Shown: positions 28,962 through 37,773, counted from the first letter of the stretch. The stretch: 64,000 bases of DNA from Cyclobacteriaceae bacterium (GCA_043776715.1 JAYVQY010000085.1:639-64638); one strand, 5' to 3'. A program made the numbers and translations. Notes: generated by a model not told the origin, from the sequence alone.

Positions 28962-29645
28962 TCAGTTTTCGATGCGCAGGTCATCGCGCAATTCATTGAT
29001 GTCATCGGGGGCTTTGACAAAACCATTTTCAAGAAGTATTTCACCACAGCGCAGGATGGCTGCTTCTATCCCATCGGCTACTTTGCCCATCCGGATCTTC
29101 TCAATGATTTTTTGCACCATTTTGTCCCACTCCTTTTGTTCGACCACTTTGCTGATACCCCTGTCGGCCATCACGATCACCTCGTGCTCGAAGAAGGATA
29201 CGAAGATCATAATGCCGGTACGATGCTTTGTATTGAATACTTCTTCCTCAAGGAAAGCAGTTTCGGCACGTTTGCGAGTGCCCTGATCCATATTGGTCTG
29301 GCTGAGCATGAATCTCCTCAGCAAATCGATGCTATTTGTGGCGATGGCCCCCAATAATCCCGCAAGAATGACGACCAGGAAAATAAAGAGGGGATCAACG
29401 ATTGAAAATTCTGAGACATATCGGTCGATTACCACAATGATTGCAAACGCCAAAACTGCGCCAATCATCCCGCCGCGGTAATTCGCAATGGTGTAAAAGC
29501 CGCTGCGCTCAACAAATACGGGGACGATCTCACCTGATATCTTGTCCTCGGCCTGCTTTACCGCAGCCTTAATGCGGTCAAGATCTTCGGTTGTGAATCT
29601 GTTTTTAAGGGACATATCTTTTATTTCAAATGATGGTATGATCAC
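28962..29645 (-). CDS. TPM-domain membrane protein
   Basis: 227 aa. The TPM-like sequence is interrupted by two TM segments (GGMIGAVLAFAIIVVI and LFIFLVVILAGLLGAI). It is adjacent to and co-directional with the YgcG-like gene. Confidence 0.7.
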   Translation of the reverse strand: MIIPSFEIKDMSLKNRFTTEDLDRIKAAVKQAEDKISGEIVPVFVERSGFYTIANYRGGMIGAVLAFAIIVVIDRYVSEFSIVDPLFIFLVVILAGLLGAIATNSIDLLRRFMLSQTNMDQGTRKRAETAFLEEEVFNTKHRTGIMIFVSFFEHEVIVMADRGISKVVEQKEWDKMVQKIIEKIRMGKVADGIEAAILRCGEILLENGFVKAPDDINELRDDLRIEN

Positions 29646-29734
29646 TTTTCAGTAAGATCGAATTGTTTCTTGCTGATTCAACAATTAAGCAAAGTTAATA
29701 ATACGCGACCATATAAACGGGTTTTTGTATTAGC

Positions 29735-29819
29735 TGGGCTAAAGCCCAATTAAGACTATTTTTGCATAACCACGGCCTTAAGGCCGTGGTTACTGTCAGT
29801 GTTGTGAATAGGCTTAGCC
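29735..29819. repeat. cluster of three GGC-TWA(A)-GCC type palindromic hairpins
   Basis: The three hairpins are tgggc-taaa-gccca (29735..29748), taaccacggcc-ttaa-ggccgtggtta (29767..29792, 11-bp perfect stem) and ggc-tta-gcc (29811..29819). Confidence 0.55.
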
Positions 29820-29887
29820 CCGACTCAACAAGGACAGTTATAATTTGAAATGCACCCAGTCATTATTTGAGAATAAATGTGCCACAC

Positions 29888-30919
29888 ATGAAAAGAATAT
29901 TTTTATTGATCGCTTTATTGATCGCAAATTCGCTTAGTTCGATCGCTCAGAAAACGAAAGCAGCGATTCCAGCCCCTTTAGATTTACCAAAGGAACGCGT
30001 CCTTCAGGAAATCACACGACTTTCTTCTTTGTCGGGAGGGGTTGTTGGTCTTTACGCCATTCATGTTGAAAGCGGCAAAAGAATATGGCAAAACGATCAG
30101 GTCCATTTTCCGATGGCCAGTTCTTACAAAGTTCCCATCGCGCTTGAACTTCTGACAAAAATAGACAGCGGAAAATATACTTTAGATCAACTTATTGAAA
30201 TTGAAAAAAGCGACCTGCATCCCGGCAGCGGATTGATCGGGGATAGATTTAACTGGCCGGGGGCTGTCAAACCAGGGTTGGCGCTCTCGATTAGAAGTTT
30301 ATTGGAATTGATGTTACTCATCAGCGACAACAGTGCAACGGATGTTTGTCTTCGCTTGGCTGGAGGCCCATCATCCGTAAATTATTGCATGAAAAGACTT
30401 GGCATCCAGGGTCTGCGGGTGGATAGGCCTACATCCTATCTGATTGCAGACTGGTTGGGAGTCAATATGAACCCATCAGTTGCATGGTCGCCTGTCTTAT
30501 TTGACAGCCTTGAAAGGAAATTACTCCCCGAGGAAACCAAGATGTATTCCAAAAAATTTGATTCCGATTTGAAAGATACTTCTACGCCGGAAGCCATGTC
30601 CGCGCTTTTGTTAAAACTTTATACGCAACCTATCCTAAAGGCCGGAAGCAAAATGTTGCTATTGGATATTATGAGAAGATGTGAATCCGGGTTAACCCGA
30701 TTAAAAGGCTCTCTACCTCCTGGTACCGAAGTGATGCACAAAACGGGTACCATCGGAATGACGACCAATGATGTTGGCATCATCACCCTTCCTGGTGACG
30801 GTGGGCACGTGGTGATTTCGGTTTTTGTAAAATCTTCAGAGAAAGAAATTCCAGAGCGCGAGCGCGTGATTGCCGAGATTTCGCGGGCTGTTTATGACTA
30901 TTTTCTTTTGATTCGATAA
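29888..30919 (+). CDS. class A beta-lactamase-related serine hydrolase
   Basis: The internal ATG at 29888 gives the signal peptide MKRIFLLIALLIANSLSSIAQ. Motifs are FPMASSYK (S-x-x-K), SDN (ISDNSATD) and KTG (HKTGTIG). The region between SDN and the DTSTPEAM block is much longer than in TEM-like enzymes. Confidence 0.75.
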   Translation: MKRIFLLIALLIANSLSSIAQKTKAAIPAPLDLPKERVLQEITRLSSLSGGVVGLYAIHVESGKRIWQNDQVHFPMASSYKVPIALELLTKIDSGKYTLDQLIEIEKSDLHPGSGLIGDRFNWPGAVKPGLALSIRSLLELMLLISDNSATDVCLRLAGGPSSVNYCMKRLGIQGLRVDRPTSYLIADWLGVNMNPSVAWSPVLFDSLERKLLPEETKMYSKKFDSDLKDTSTPEAMSALLLKLYTQPILKAGSKMLLLDIMRRCESGLTRLKGSLPPGTEVMHKTGTIGMTTNDVGIITLPGDGGHVVISVFVKSSEKEIPERERVIAEISRAVYDYFLLIR

Positions 30920-31383
30920 TCGACCTTTCTAAGCTTCACCAGGTACTTCACTTCATTGCGAAAGGGAAGACTCAGGAATTCCAGGATTTTTTCAATCAAC
31001 CTACGCAGCTCAAATCGATTGGAGCAACGATCGACATTTCAGATTTGGAACATCCGGCTGTGATGATTGGGAAAATTGAGGAAATCCATCGTGGAGGCAT
31101 TTCCGGGGACGCGGTAAATGGCGGCATCATCTCCATGCTCGTGGATCTCGCCATTGGCCTGTTGGGATTAAAGTATTTTGAAGAAGGCTTAACGGCTACG
31201 CACCATCTTTCCATCCATTTTGTCAAACCGTTGATTGCAACTTCCGTTTGATTGGAGGCGGAACAGACCCACATTATTTACAACCGCGTATTTGGTCATG
31301 TAAAAGTGATGAATGAAAAGGGTGAAGTGTGTGCCTATGCTTCAGGTGTGTTGGTGAAAGGGATTAAAAAAAAGGACGCCTGA
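30916..31383 (+). pseudogene. PaaI-family hotdog thioesterase with an in-frame TGA and no canonical start codon
   Basis: A single reading frame is open from 30898 to the TGA at 31381..31383, except for an in-frame TGA at 31249..31251. The protein reads ...LHQVLHFIAKGKTQEF...IHRGGISGDAVNGGIISMLVDLAIG...SIHFVKPLIATSV*LEAEQTHIIYNRVFGHVKVMNEKGEVCAYASGVLV. No ATG, GTG or TTG occurs before the TTG at 31045. ATA at 30916 overlaps the bla TAA stop as ATAA. Confidence 0.7.
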
Positions 31384-31401
31384 TGGAATGAAATGTTCAG
31401 A

Positions 31402-32751
31402 TCAGATTTGTTTTCCTTTCCATCTCCCTGACTTCATATAGAAGTATGCCATGGTAAACATACTCATCCAGTAAACCCACTCACTGACCCATCCCCAGGT
31501 AATTGGAAGATTCAGGTACTCGAGCACAACAAAAACATAGACACAATAGAGGGTGATGGTAATGAGCTCTATTATTAGGTTTACTCCGGTATTGCCGGAA
31601 CCGGTCACAGCGTTGAGCCATACGACGCCGAAAGACATCATTATCAATGCCAGAGAAACAATCCGCACGACAGGGATGGCTTCGGAAATAAATTCGTCCC
31701 CCTGTCCGAAAAAGGAAAGAAATATGGAAGGGAATATGTTGAGCAGGACAACAATGATGGAGGAAGAAAGCAGGCTAATTTTCACAATACGCCTGATGAG
31801 TGGCAACACTTCTTCTGGCCTGCCCTGCCCAATGATGTTACTCACCATGGTGTTGGTAGTAGCGGCAAATGACCATGAAAAAATTCCAGCGATCCCAAAA
31901 ATATTTCGCATCGTGTTGGATATGGCCAGAGAACGTGCACCATGGTGCTCCACCAGGATATAAAAATATTCCCAGGTGATGATGCTGATGGCAAACTGTG
32001 CGATCAATGGGGAAGATTGGACAAGAATAAGTTTGAAGGTTGAGAACTTAAGCCTGGTCTGCTCAAAAAATGCAAATTGTTTATGTAATTTTTTAATATG
32101 GATCACATAGTAGATCACGGCTAAGCCGGTTGCTTCTGCAATGATCGAGGCGTACGCAGCACCATCAAAGCCGAGTGCAGGCATTCCAAAATGACCATAG
32201 ATTAAGCCATAGTCAAGAAAAATATTTGTGAAGGCTTCCGCCATTGTTCCCCAAACAAGGAAGCGAGTCTGGTTGGTACCCACCAGGAGCGCATTGCGCA
32301 TGATATACAAGTAAAGGAAAGGCAGCCCCCAGATGCGGATGAGCACGAAATGGATCACGACATCAGCCATCTCTGTGTTGTGGATCGTTGATCGAAGGAT
32401 CGTTGGAGCAATGGCATAGGTGATCATGATACCCATCGCGGCTATGGTCAGTGCCACCCACACTCCATGAAAAAAAAGTTCCCCAATTTCCTTTGGTAGA
32501 TTTTGGCCAGCCCGACGAGCAATAAGGGCTTGCAATCCATTGTTCAACCCATTGCCAATGACCGCAAAGATGAGGTAGAAGACACCCGTGATTCCTGCAC
32601 AGGCCAGCTCTTTTTCTCCCAAGCCACTTAGAAAAATATTATTCGTGATAAAATTGATTTGTGGCACCAGCAACGCTAAGGAAATGGGCATTGCAATGCT
32701 CAAAATCTGGCGCGTCGTGGTTTGAAGGCGGAGGTCTGGCGCGGAGGACAT
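31402..32751 (-). CDS. MATE-family efflux transporter
   Basis: 449 aa with 12 TM segments and the typical MATE N-terminus (ILSIAMPISLALLVPQINFITNNIFLSGLGEKELA). Confidence 0.9.
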   Translation of the reverse strand: MSSAPDLRLQTTTRQILSIAMPISLALLVPQINFITNNIFLSGLGEKELACAGITGVFYLIFAVIGNGLNNGLQALIARRAGQNLPKEIGELFFHGVWVALTIAAMGIMITYAIAPTILRSTIHNTEMADVVIHFVLIRIWGLPFLYLYIMRNALLVGTNQTRFLVWGTMAEAFTNIFLDYGLIYGHFGMPALGFDGAAYASIIAEATGLAVIYYVIHIKKLHKQFAFFEQTRLKFSTFKLILVQSSPLIAQFAISIITWEYFYILVEHHGARSLAISNTMRNIFGIAGIFSWSFAATTNTMVSNIIGQGRPEEVLPLIRRIVKISLLSSSIIVVLLNIFPSIFLSFFGQGDEFISEAIPVVRIVSLALIMMSFGVVWLNAVTGSGNTGVNLIIELITITLYCVYVFVVLEYLNLPITWGWVSEWVYWMSMFTMAYFYMKSGRWKGKQI

Positions 32752-32954
32752 CGCTTTATATCAAGTTCTATTTAATGGACCAGCTTGTCAAATTAAATCA
32801 AATGCAAAGATTGTTCAATAATCACCCTACACCTGCAAGCGGTGGGATATTTATTTTAAAACAGCAATTGTAAGAATCAATTTTCAATCTTGCGTGATCA
32901 TTTCAGTTCCCATACACTAATATTGTAGCATACTCACCTTTTTACAGAACCACT

Positions 32955-33866
32955 ATGCAAACAATTCTCGGAGCGAACGGAGTCATTGCACAAGGGCTTG
33001 CCATACACCTACCCACGTACACACCGCAGATACGGCAGGTAAGCCGAAATCCAAAAAAAATAAATGCCTCGGATGAGTTGGTAAAGGCTGATCTAATGAA
33101 CTATGAGCAGACGGAGAGGGCAGTTGCTGGTAGCGAAGTTGTATATCTGGTGGCCGGATTGAAATACGATACAAAAGTTTGGCAGGAGCAATGGCCAAAA
33201 CTAATGCAAAATGTGATCGATGCCTGCAAGAAGCACAACAGCAAACTTGTTTTTTTTGATAATGTTTATTCCTATGGGTTAGTAAGCGGGTCGATGACAG
33301 AAGAAACGCCCTACAATCCAAATAGTAAAAAAGGCGAAGTGCGCGCCAAGATTGCCGCAAAACTTTTGGAAGAAGTCAAAGCGGGGAATATCAGCGGAAT
33401 GATTGTGAGGGGAGCTGATTTTTATGGACCGGAGGCCTTGTTGAGCCTTACACATTCAACGGTAACGCAAAAATTGAAAGCGAATCAGGGCCCGCAATGG
33501 ATCGGCGATCCAAAGAAAATTCACACATTTACTTATACTCCTGATGCAGGCAAAAGCGTCGCCATGCTGGGGAATACGCCCACGGCCTTTAATCAAACCT
33601 GGCATGCGCTGACGAGCAAAGAAAAAATTACCGGTGAGCAATATGTTCGTATCGCATGCGAAATCATGGGCAAACCATACAAACTGCAAGCGCTTCCTAA
33701 ATTTGGTGTCCGACTCCTAGGCTTATTCGTTCCGGTGCTACGAGAATTTGTGGAGATGATGTATCAATTTGAGAATGACTATATCTTCGACAGCACGAAG
33801 TTTGAAAAAGCATTCAATGTTCAGGCTACTTCTTACAAAGAAGGGATCGCCTCCACGCTTAAATAG
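32955..33866 (+). CDS. NAD-dependent epimerase/dehydratase-family (atypical SDR) protein
   Basis: 303 aa with N-terminal Rossmann motif ILGANGVIAQGL and an extended-SDR-like layout. Confidence 0.7.
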   Translation: MQTILGANGVIAQGLAIHLPTYTPQIRQVSRNPKKINASDELVKADLMNYEQTERAVAGSEVVYLVAGLKYDTKVWQEQWPKLMQNVIDACKKHNSKLVFFDNVYSYGLVSGSMTEETPYNPNSKKGEVRAKIAAKLLEEVKAGNISGMIVRGADFYGPEALLSLTHSTVTQKLKANQGPQWIGDPKKIHTFTYTPDAGKSVAMLGNTPTAFNQTWHALTSKEKITGEQYVRIACEIMGKPYKLQALPKFGVRLLGLFVPVLREFVEMMYQFENDYIFDSTKFEKAFNVQATSYKEGIASTLK

Positions 33867-33890
33867 AAACATAATTTCTAATAAAAGGCT

Positions 33891-34283
33891 ATGAAAAAAA
33901 TTATTCTTCTTGTTTTGTTTTTTGCGACGTATGCTTGTAACTCAAGTGACTCGAATAGTACCAGTGGAGTATTGGCTCCTGCTAGTTTTGCCAGTCAACT
34001 TAAGGCGAACCCTGAAATTGTGCTCATCGACGTTCGATCTTCCGAGGAAATGCAGACAGGTTACATAGCCGGAACTCATCACCTTGATTATAATGCTCCT
34101 GGTTTCAAAAATTCCCTTGACAGCCTGGATCGCTCAAAGATCTATTTCGTTTATTGTGCCAGTGGAAAGCGCAGTGGCAAGGCTCTTGAAATGATGAATG
34201 AAATGGGATTCAAGAATGTCGCAGCGTTGGAAGGCGGCCTTCGTTTATGGAATGCAAAGGGACTGCCTATGCAACAACCGTAG
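33891..34283 (+). CDS. rhodanese-domain lipoprotein (sulfurtransferase)
   Basis: 130 aa with lipobox FFATYAC and rhodanese active-site loop CASGKRS. Confidence 0.85.
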   Translation: MKKIILLVLFFATYACNSSDSNSTSGVLAPASFASQLKANPEIVLIDVRSSEEMQTGYIAGTHHLDYNAPGFKNSLDSLDRSKIYFVYCASGKRSGKALEMMNEMGFKNVAALEGGLRLWNAKGLPMQQP

Positions 34284-34333
34284 TTCTTCTAGCTTTATCC
34301 TAAGATTAGCATGTCGCAAGTGATGAAGTGCCT

Positions 34334-34398
34334 CGCTCACCCTTGAATGCCTAAAGGGAGCCATCGCGCGTGGGATACTTTAGGGAGTAAGGGTGCGC
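34334..34398. other. 65-nt three-tier imperfect hairpin in a convergent intergenic region
   Basis: The outer stem pairs 34335..34344 with 34389..34398 (9 of 10 bp). The middle stem is cctaaag/ctttagg (34350..34356 with 34378..34384). The apical stem is cca/tgg around tcgcgcg. No U tract follows on either strand. Confidence 0.4.
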
Positions 34399-34452
34399 TA
34401 AGGAGAACTTATTGAGACAAAATTCTTGCTTCAATGTAGAATTAAAAGAACT

Positions 34453-34863
34453 CTAAGAAGGCAAATACGCTCCAAACCTCCCGTACACCCAAGTGCCAAC
34501 AATCGCGCTTATCAATGTGACAATAGTTGCCAGCGAACCTGATCCGATTTGAGCGTACAGAGGTCCTGGGCACGCTCCGGTGAGGGCCCATCCAAATCCA
34601 AAGATAAGGCTACCAAGTACCACACCGTGATGGTATTCTTTTACTGGCATCTCAACAATTTCTCCTTCAAACGTTTTCATTTTTGATTTTCTCATAAGAA
34701 AAAGCCCGAGCGCTCCAACAGGAATGGCCGTCATAAAAATTCCAAACATGTGAAAGCTTTCGAAGCGGAACATCTCCTGAATGCGATACCACGAAATGGC
34801 TTCACCTTTAGTAAGGGCTAGTCCAAAAACAATTCCGACGAAAAGGTATTTTAGGTTTTTCAT
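34453..34863 (-). CDS. YeeE/YedE-family membrane protein, small half
   Basis: 136 aa with 4 TM segments. The GACPG motif (LTGACPGPLY) is typical of the sulfur-transport-related YeeE/YedE family. Confidence 0.75.
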   Translation of the reverse strand: MKNLKYLFVGIVFGLALTKGEAISWYRIQEMFRFESFHMFGIFMTAIPVGALGLFLMRKSKMKTFEGEIVEMPVKEYHHGVVLGSLIFGFGWALTGACPGPLYAQIGSGSLATIVTLISAIVGTWVYGRFGAYLPS

Positions 34864-35420
34864 ATGCTAAGGATGTAGGGAAGAATGAAATGGCTAAAAA
34901 GTATTCCTCCAATAAAGAAGCTTGCGGTTGCTATCAGTGAAGGCCATTGCAATGCAGACAGCCCAAGGATGCCATGACCAGACGTGCAACCTTGCGCATA
35001 ACGGGTGCCGAAGCCAACCAGAAAACCGCCAACAACCATTAGTACAAATCCCTGCACGGTGGCAAGAGATGACCAGTTATAAAGTTCTGCAGGCATGAGT
35101 CCAGTCAAGTCGGTTAAACCAACTGATTTGAAGTATGCCGTCGTACTTTCAGAGACTGCCACCGGGTTAGGGTTGGCAAGAATGGTCCCTCCGATGATGC
35201 CACCGATCAGTACGCCACCGGCGAATAATAGATTCCAAGCGTCTTTTTTCCAATCGTAGTTGAACAATGGAATATTCGCCGGCAGACAAGCGGCGCAAAT
35301 TTGTCGCATGGTCGATGAGATGCCAAGTCTTTTGTTTCCAATCAATAGGAGCAGTGGTACTGTAAGGCCAATGATCGGACCTGCGATGTACCATGGCCAG
35401 GGAGATAAAAAGATGTTCAT
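34860..35420 (-). CDS. YeeE/YedE-family membrane protein, large half
   Basis: The internal ATG at 35420 gives MNIFLSPWPWYIAGPIIGL.... The GCTSGHG motif (AQGCTSGHGILG) is typical of the family. Its stop overlaps the start of the small half by 4 nt. Confidence 0.75.
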   Translation of the reverse strand: MNIFLSPWPWYIAGPIIGLTVPLLLLIGNKRLGISSTMRQICAACLPANIPLFNYDWKKDAWNLLFAGGVLIGGIIGGTILANPNPVAVSESTTAYFKSVGLTDLTGLMPAELYNWSSLATVQGFVLMVVGGFLVGFGTRYAQGCTSGHGILGLSALQWPSLIATASFFIGGILFSHFILPYILSI

Positions 35421-35562
35421 ACCCCAAAAATACAAAAGTCTATCAAAGGAATAGACTTTCCCTATATCTCGACTCCTCAGGATCAATGTCAGCAGCATTT
35501 TGTTTGGTTTATGTATGCGGTTTTGCCGGGTGCCCCTCACCGTTTACTTTTGCCGGTCTTAT

Positions 35563-37080
35563 ATGCAATTCATTAATTCCATTCTCACCTGGGTCATGAA
35601 GAAGCGCATCCACCAGATGGATCTCTTTATGAAGTATCCTCATGACGTCCAGGACGAACTATTTAATAGACTATTACTCACGGCCAGGCCTACTGAGTTT
35701 GGCAGGAAGTATGGTTTTGATGAGATCATAAATTACGATGACTTTTCAAGGCAAGTGCCTGTTCACTCTTATGAGCAGATGTTTCCTTACATCGAGAGGA
35801 TGATGAAGGGGGAGCAAAATATTCTTTGGCCAACGGAGATAAAATGGTTTTCAAAATCTTCCGGCACTACCAATGCCCGAAGCAAGTTCATCCCGATTTC
35901 ATCGGAGTCATTGGAGGAGTGCCACTTCAAGGCAGGTAAGGACTTGTATTGCATCTATGTAAACAATTATCCTGAAACAAATATTTTCTCTGGACGTGGC
36001 CTGGCCATCGGAGGCAGTCATCAGATAAATGAACTGGATCCGAGCGCTACATCGTACTATGGTGATGTATCGGCCGTCATTATGCAAAATCTTCCGGTGT
36101 GGGCGCAGCTGATTCGCACGCCGAGCCTTGAGGTTGCATTGATGAGCAACTGGGAAGAGAAAATTGAAAAACTCGCACGTGAAACAGCAGCCGTTGACGT
36201 CACTCACATCGCAGGAGTACCAACCTGGACAGTATTGTTGTTGCAGCGTATCATGGAAATGGAGAAGAAGCCGATTCATGAAATATGGCCCAACCTCGAA
36301 GTCTTTTTCCATGGGGCAGTAGCCTTTTCGCCGTATCGTAATTTATTTAAGTCCCTCATCCCCGATGATCGCATGCACTACTGGGAGACCTACACAGCAA
36401 GCGAAGGGTTTTTTGGAATTCAAGACCTTAGCAACTCAGAAGAACTGTTGCTCATGCTGGACTATGGTATTTTTTATGAATTTATTCCAACAGAGGAATC
36501 AGAAGATGAAAATCCGAGGGCCATACCGCTGAGTGAAGTTGAACTCGGAAAAAACTACGCGATGGTCATCACCACGAATTCAGGCTTGTGGAGGTACAAC
36601 ATTGGTGACACGGTAAAATTCACCAGCAAGACACCCTATCGCATAAAAATATCAGGTCGCACCAAACATTTTATTAATGCTTTTGGTGAGGAGGTAATTA
36701 TTGAAAATGCCGAGACGGCAATTACAAGGGCTTGCGAAATGACTGAAGCAGTTATTAACAACTTTACCGCCGCACCAATTTATCTTGAAAAAAATAAGCG
36801 TGGCGGTCACGAATGGATCATTGAATTCCATAAGGAACCTAATAATCTTGATGAATTTGGAAGGATTTTGGATGAAACACTTAGAAGAATCAACTCTGAT
36901 TACGACGCCAAGCGGTTCCATGACTTGGCTTTGATTGCACCTAAGATACACAGTGTTCCAGACGGTACATTTTATAACTGGATGAAGCGACGTGGAAAGT
37001 TGGGAGGCCAGAATAAGGTGCCACGCCTTAGTAACTCCCGTGAGTTTGTGGAGGATATTCTTTCTACACTATTCGTATGA
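35563..37080 (+). CDS. GH3-family (auxin-responsive-promoter-like) acyl-adenylate-forming enzyme
   Basis: The ATG at 35563 gives MQFINSILTWVMKKRIHQMDLFMKYPHDVQDELF, matching bacterial GH3 N-termini. The SSGTT P-loop-like motif (SKSSGTTNARSKFIP) is present. Confidence 0.85.
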   Translation: MQFINSILTWVMKKRIHQMDLFMKYPHDVQDELFNRLLLTARPTEFGRKYGFDEIINYDDFSRQVPVHSYEQMFPYIERMMKGEQNILWPTEIKWFSKSSGTTNARSKFIPISSESLEECHFKAGKDLYCIYVNNYPETNIFSGRGLAIGGSHQINELDPSATSYYGDVSAVIMQNLPVWAQLIRTPSLEVALMSNWEEKIEKLARETAAVDVTHIAGVPTWTVLLLQRIMEMEKKPIHEIWPNLEVFFHGAVAFSPYRNLFKSLIPDDRMHYWETYTASEGFFGIQDLSNSEELLLMLDYGIFYEFIPTEESEDENPRAIPLSEVELGKNYAMVITTNSGLWRYNIGDTVKFTSKTPYRIKISGRTKHFINAFGEEVIIENAETAITRACEMTEAVINNFTAAPIYLEKNKRGGHEWIIEFHKEPNNLDEFGRILDETLRRINSDYDAKRFHDLALIAPKIHSVPDGTFYNWMKRRGKLGGQNKVPRLSNSREFVEDILSTLFV

Positions 37081-37129
37081 GCAAAGCTGGATGAGTTAGC
37101 TCACCTCCATGAATTAATGTACGGTATTG

Positions 37130-37738
37130 CTATGCATTTTTCCAATTGATTCCACAGCCAATCGCTTTCGTCTTTGGGGTGGGTACTGCCTTGCCATTCA
37201 TTAGAGCATCAACGGCTTCTTCTACGTACTTCTTGCTTACCGCAGAGGCTTTGCGAGCGTTATCATCAATGGTGCCGATATAGGCCACCTTCAAATCCTT
37301 GCCTGAACGACTCAGCACGAAAACATGGGGCGTATTGGTGGCACCAAAAGTCCTCGCAACAGTTTGAGTTTCATCGATCAGATAAGGAAAAGTGTATCCT
37401 TTCTTTTTGGCATAGTCAACCATCTTTTCGAACGAATCACCGGGGGAATCCGAAGCGTCATTTGAATTGATGGCGACGACAGGGTAACCCTTGCCGGCAT
37501 ATTTACTATTTAATCCAATAATTCGATCATTATAAGCTTTAGAATACGGACAGGTGTTGCAATCAAAAATCACAATGAATCCCTTAGCATCTTTCCAGTC
37601 TGAGAGGGAGACCATTCTTCCATCCACATTCTTCAGTTTGAAATCGGACGCCAGATCTCCTACTTCGTAACCGTTTTTAACGGGAGCACCAGCAATAAAT
37701 ACAATCATTACAATTAGGTAGAAAAATAATTGCTTCAT
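37130..37738 (-). CDS. thioredoxin-fold redoxin (AhpC/TSA-like) protein
   Basis: 202 aa with a signal peptide and CxxC motif DCNTCPYS. Confidence 0.8.
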   Translation of the reverse strand: MKQLFFYLIVMIVFIAGAPVKNGYEVGDLASDFKLKNVDGRMVSLSDWKDAKGFIVIFDCNTCPYSKAYNDRIIGLNSKYAGKGYPVVAINSNDASDSPGDSFEKMVDYAKKKGYTFPYLIDETQTVARTFGATNTPHVFVLSRSGKDLKVAYIGTIDDNARKASAVSKKYVEEAVDALMNGKAVPTPKTKAIGCGINWKNA

Positions 37739-37773
37739 AATTATTAATTTAATGATTAAAGTTTTTTTCCTTT

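Noticed and set aside
31249-31251. In-frame TGA in the thioesterase gene as a selenocysteine codon or a reassigned codon.
   Set aside because: TGA is used as an ordinary stop by many genes in this window (for example 40063, 25851, 34860). I see no convincing SECIS-like hairpin directly downstream. The position is not a catalytic Cys site in PaaI thioesterases, and the gene also lacks a start codon. Pseudogenisation is the simpler explanation.
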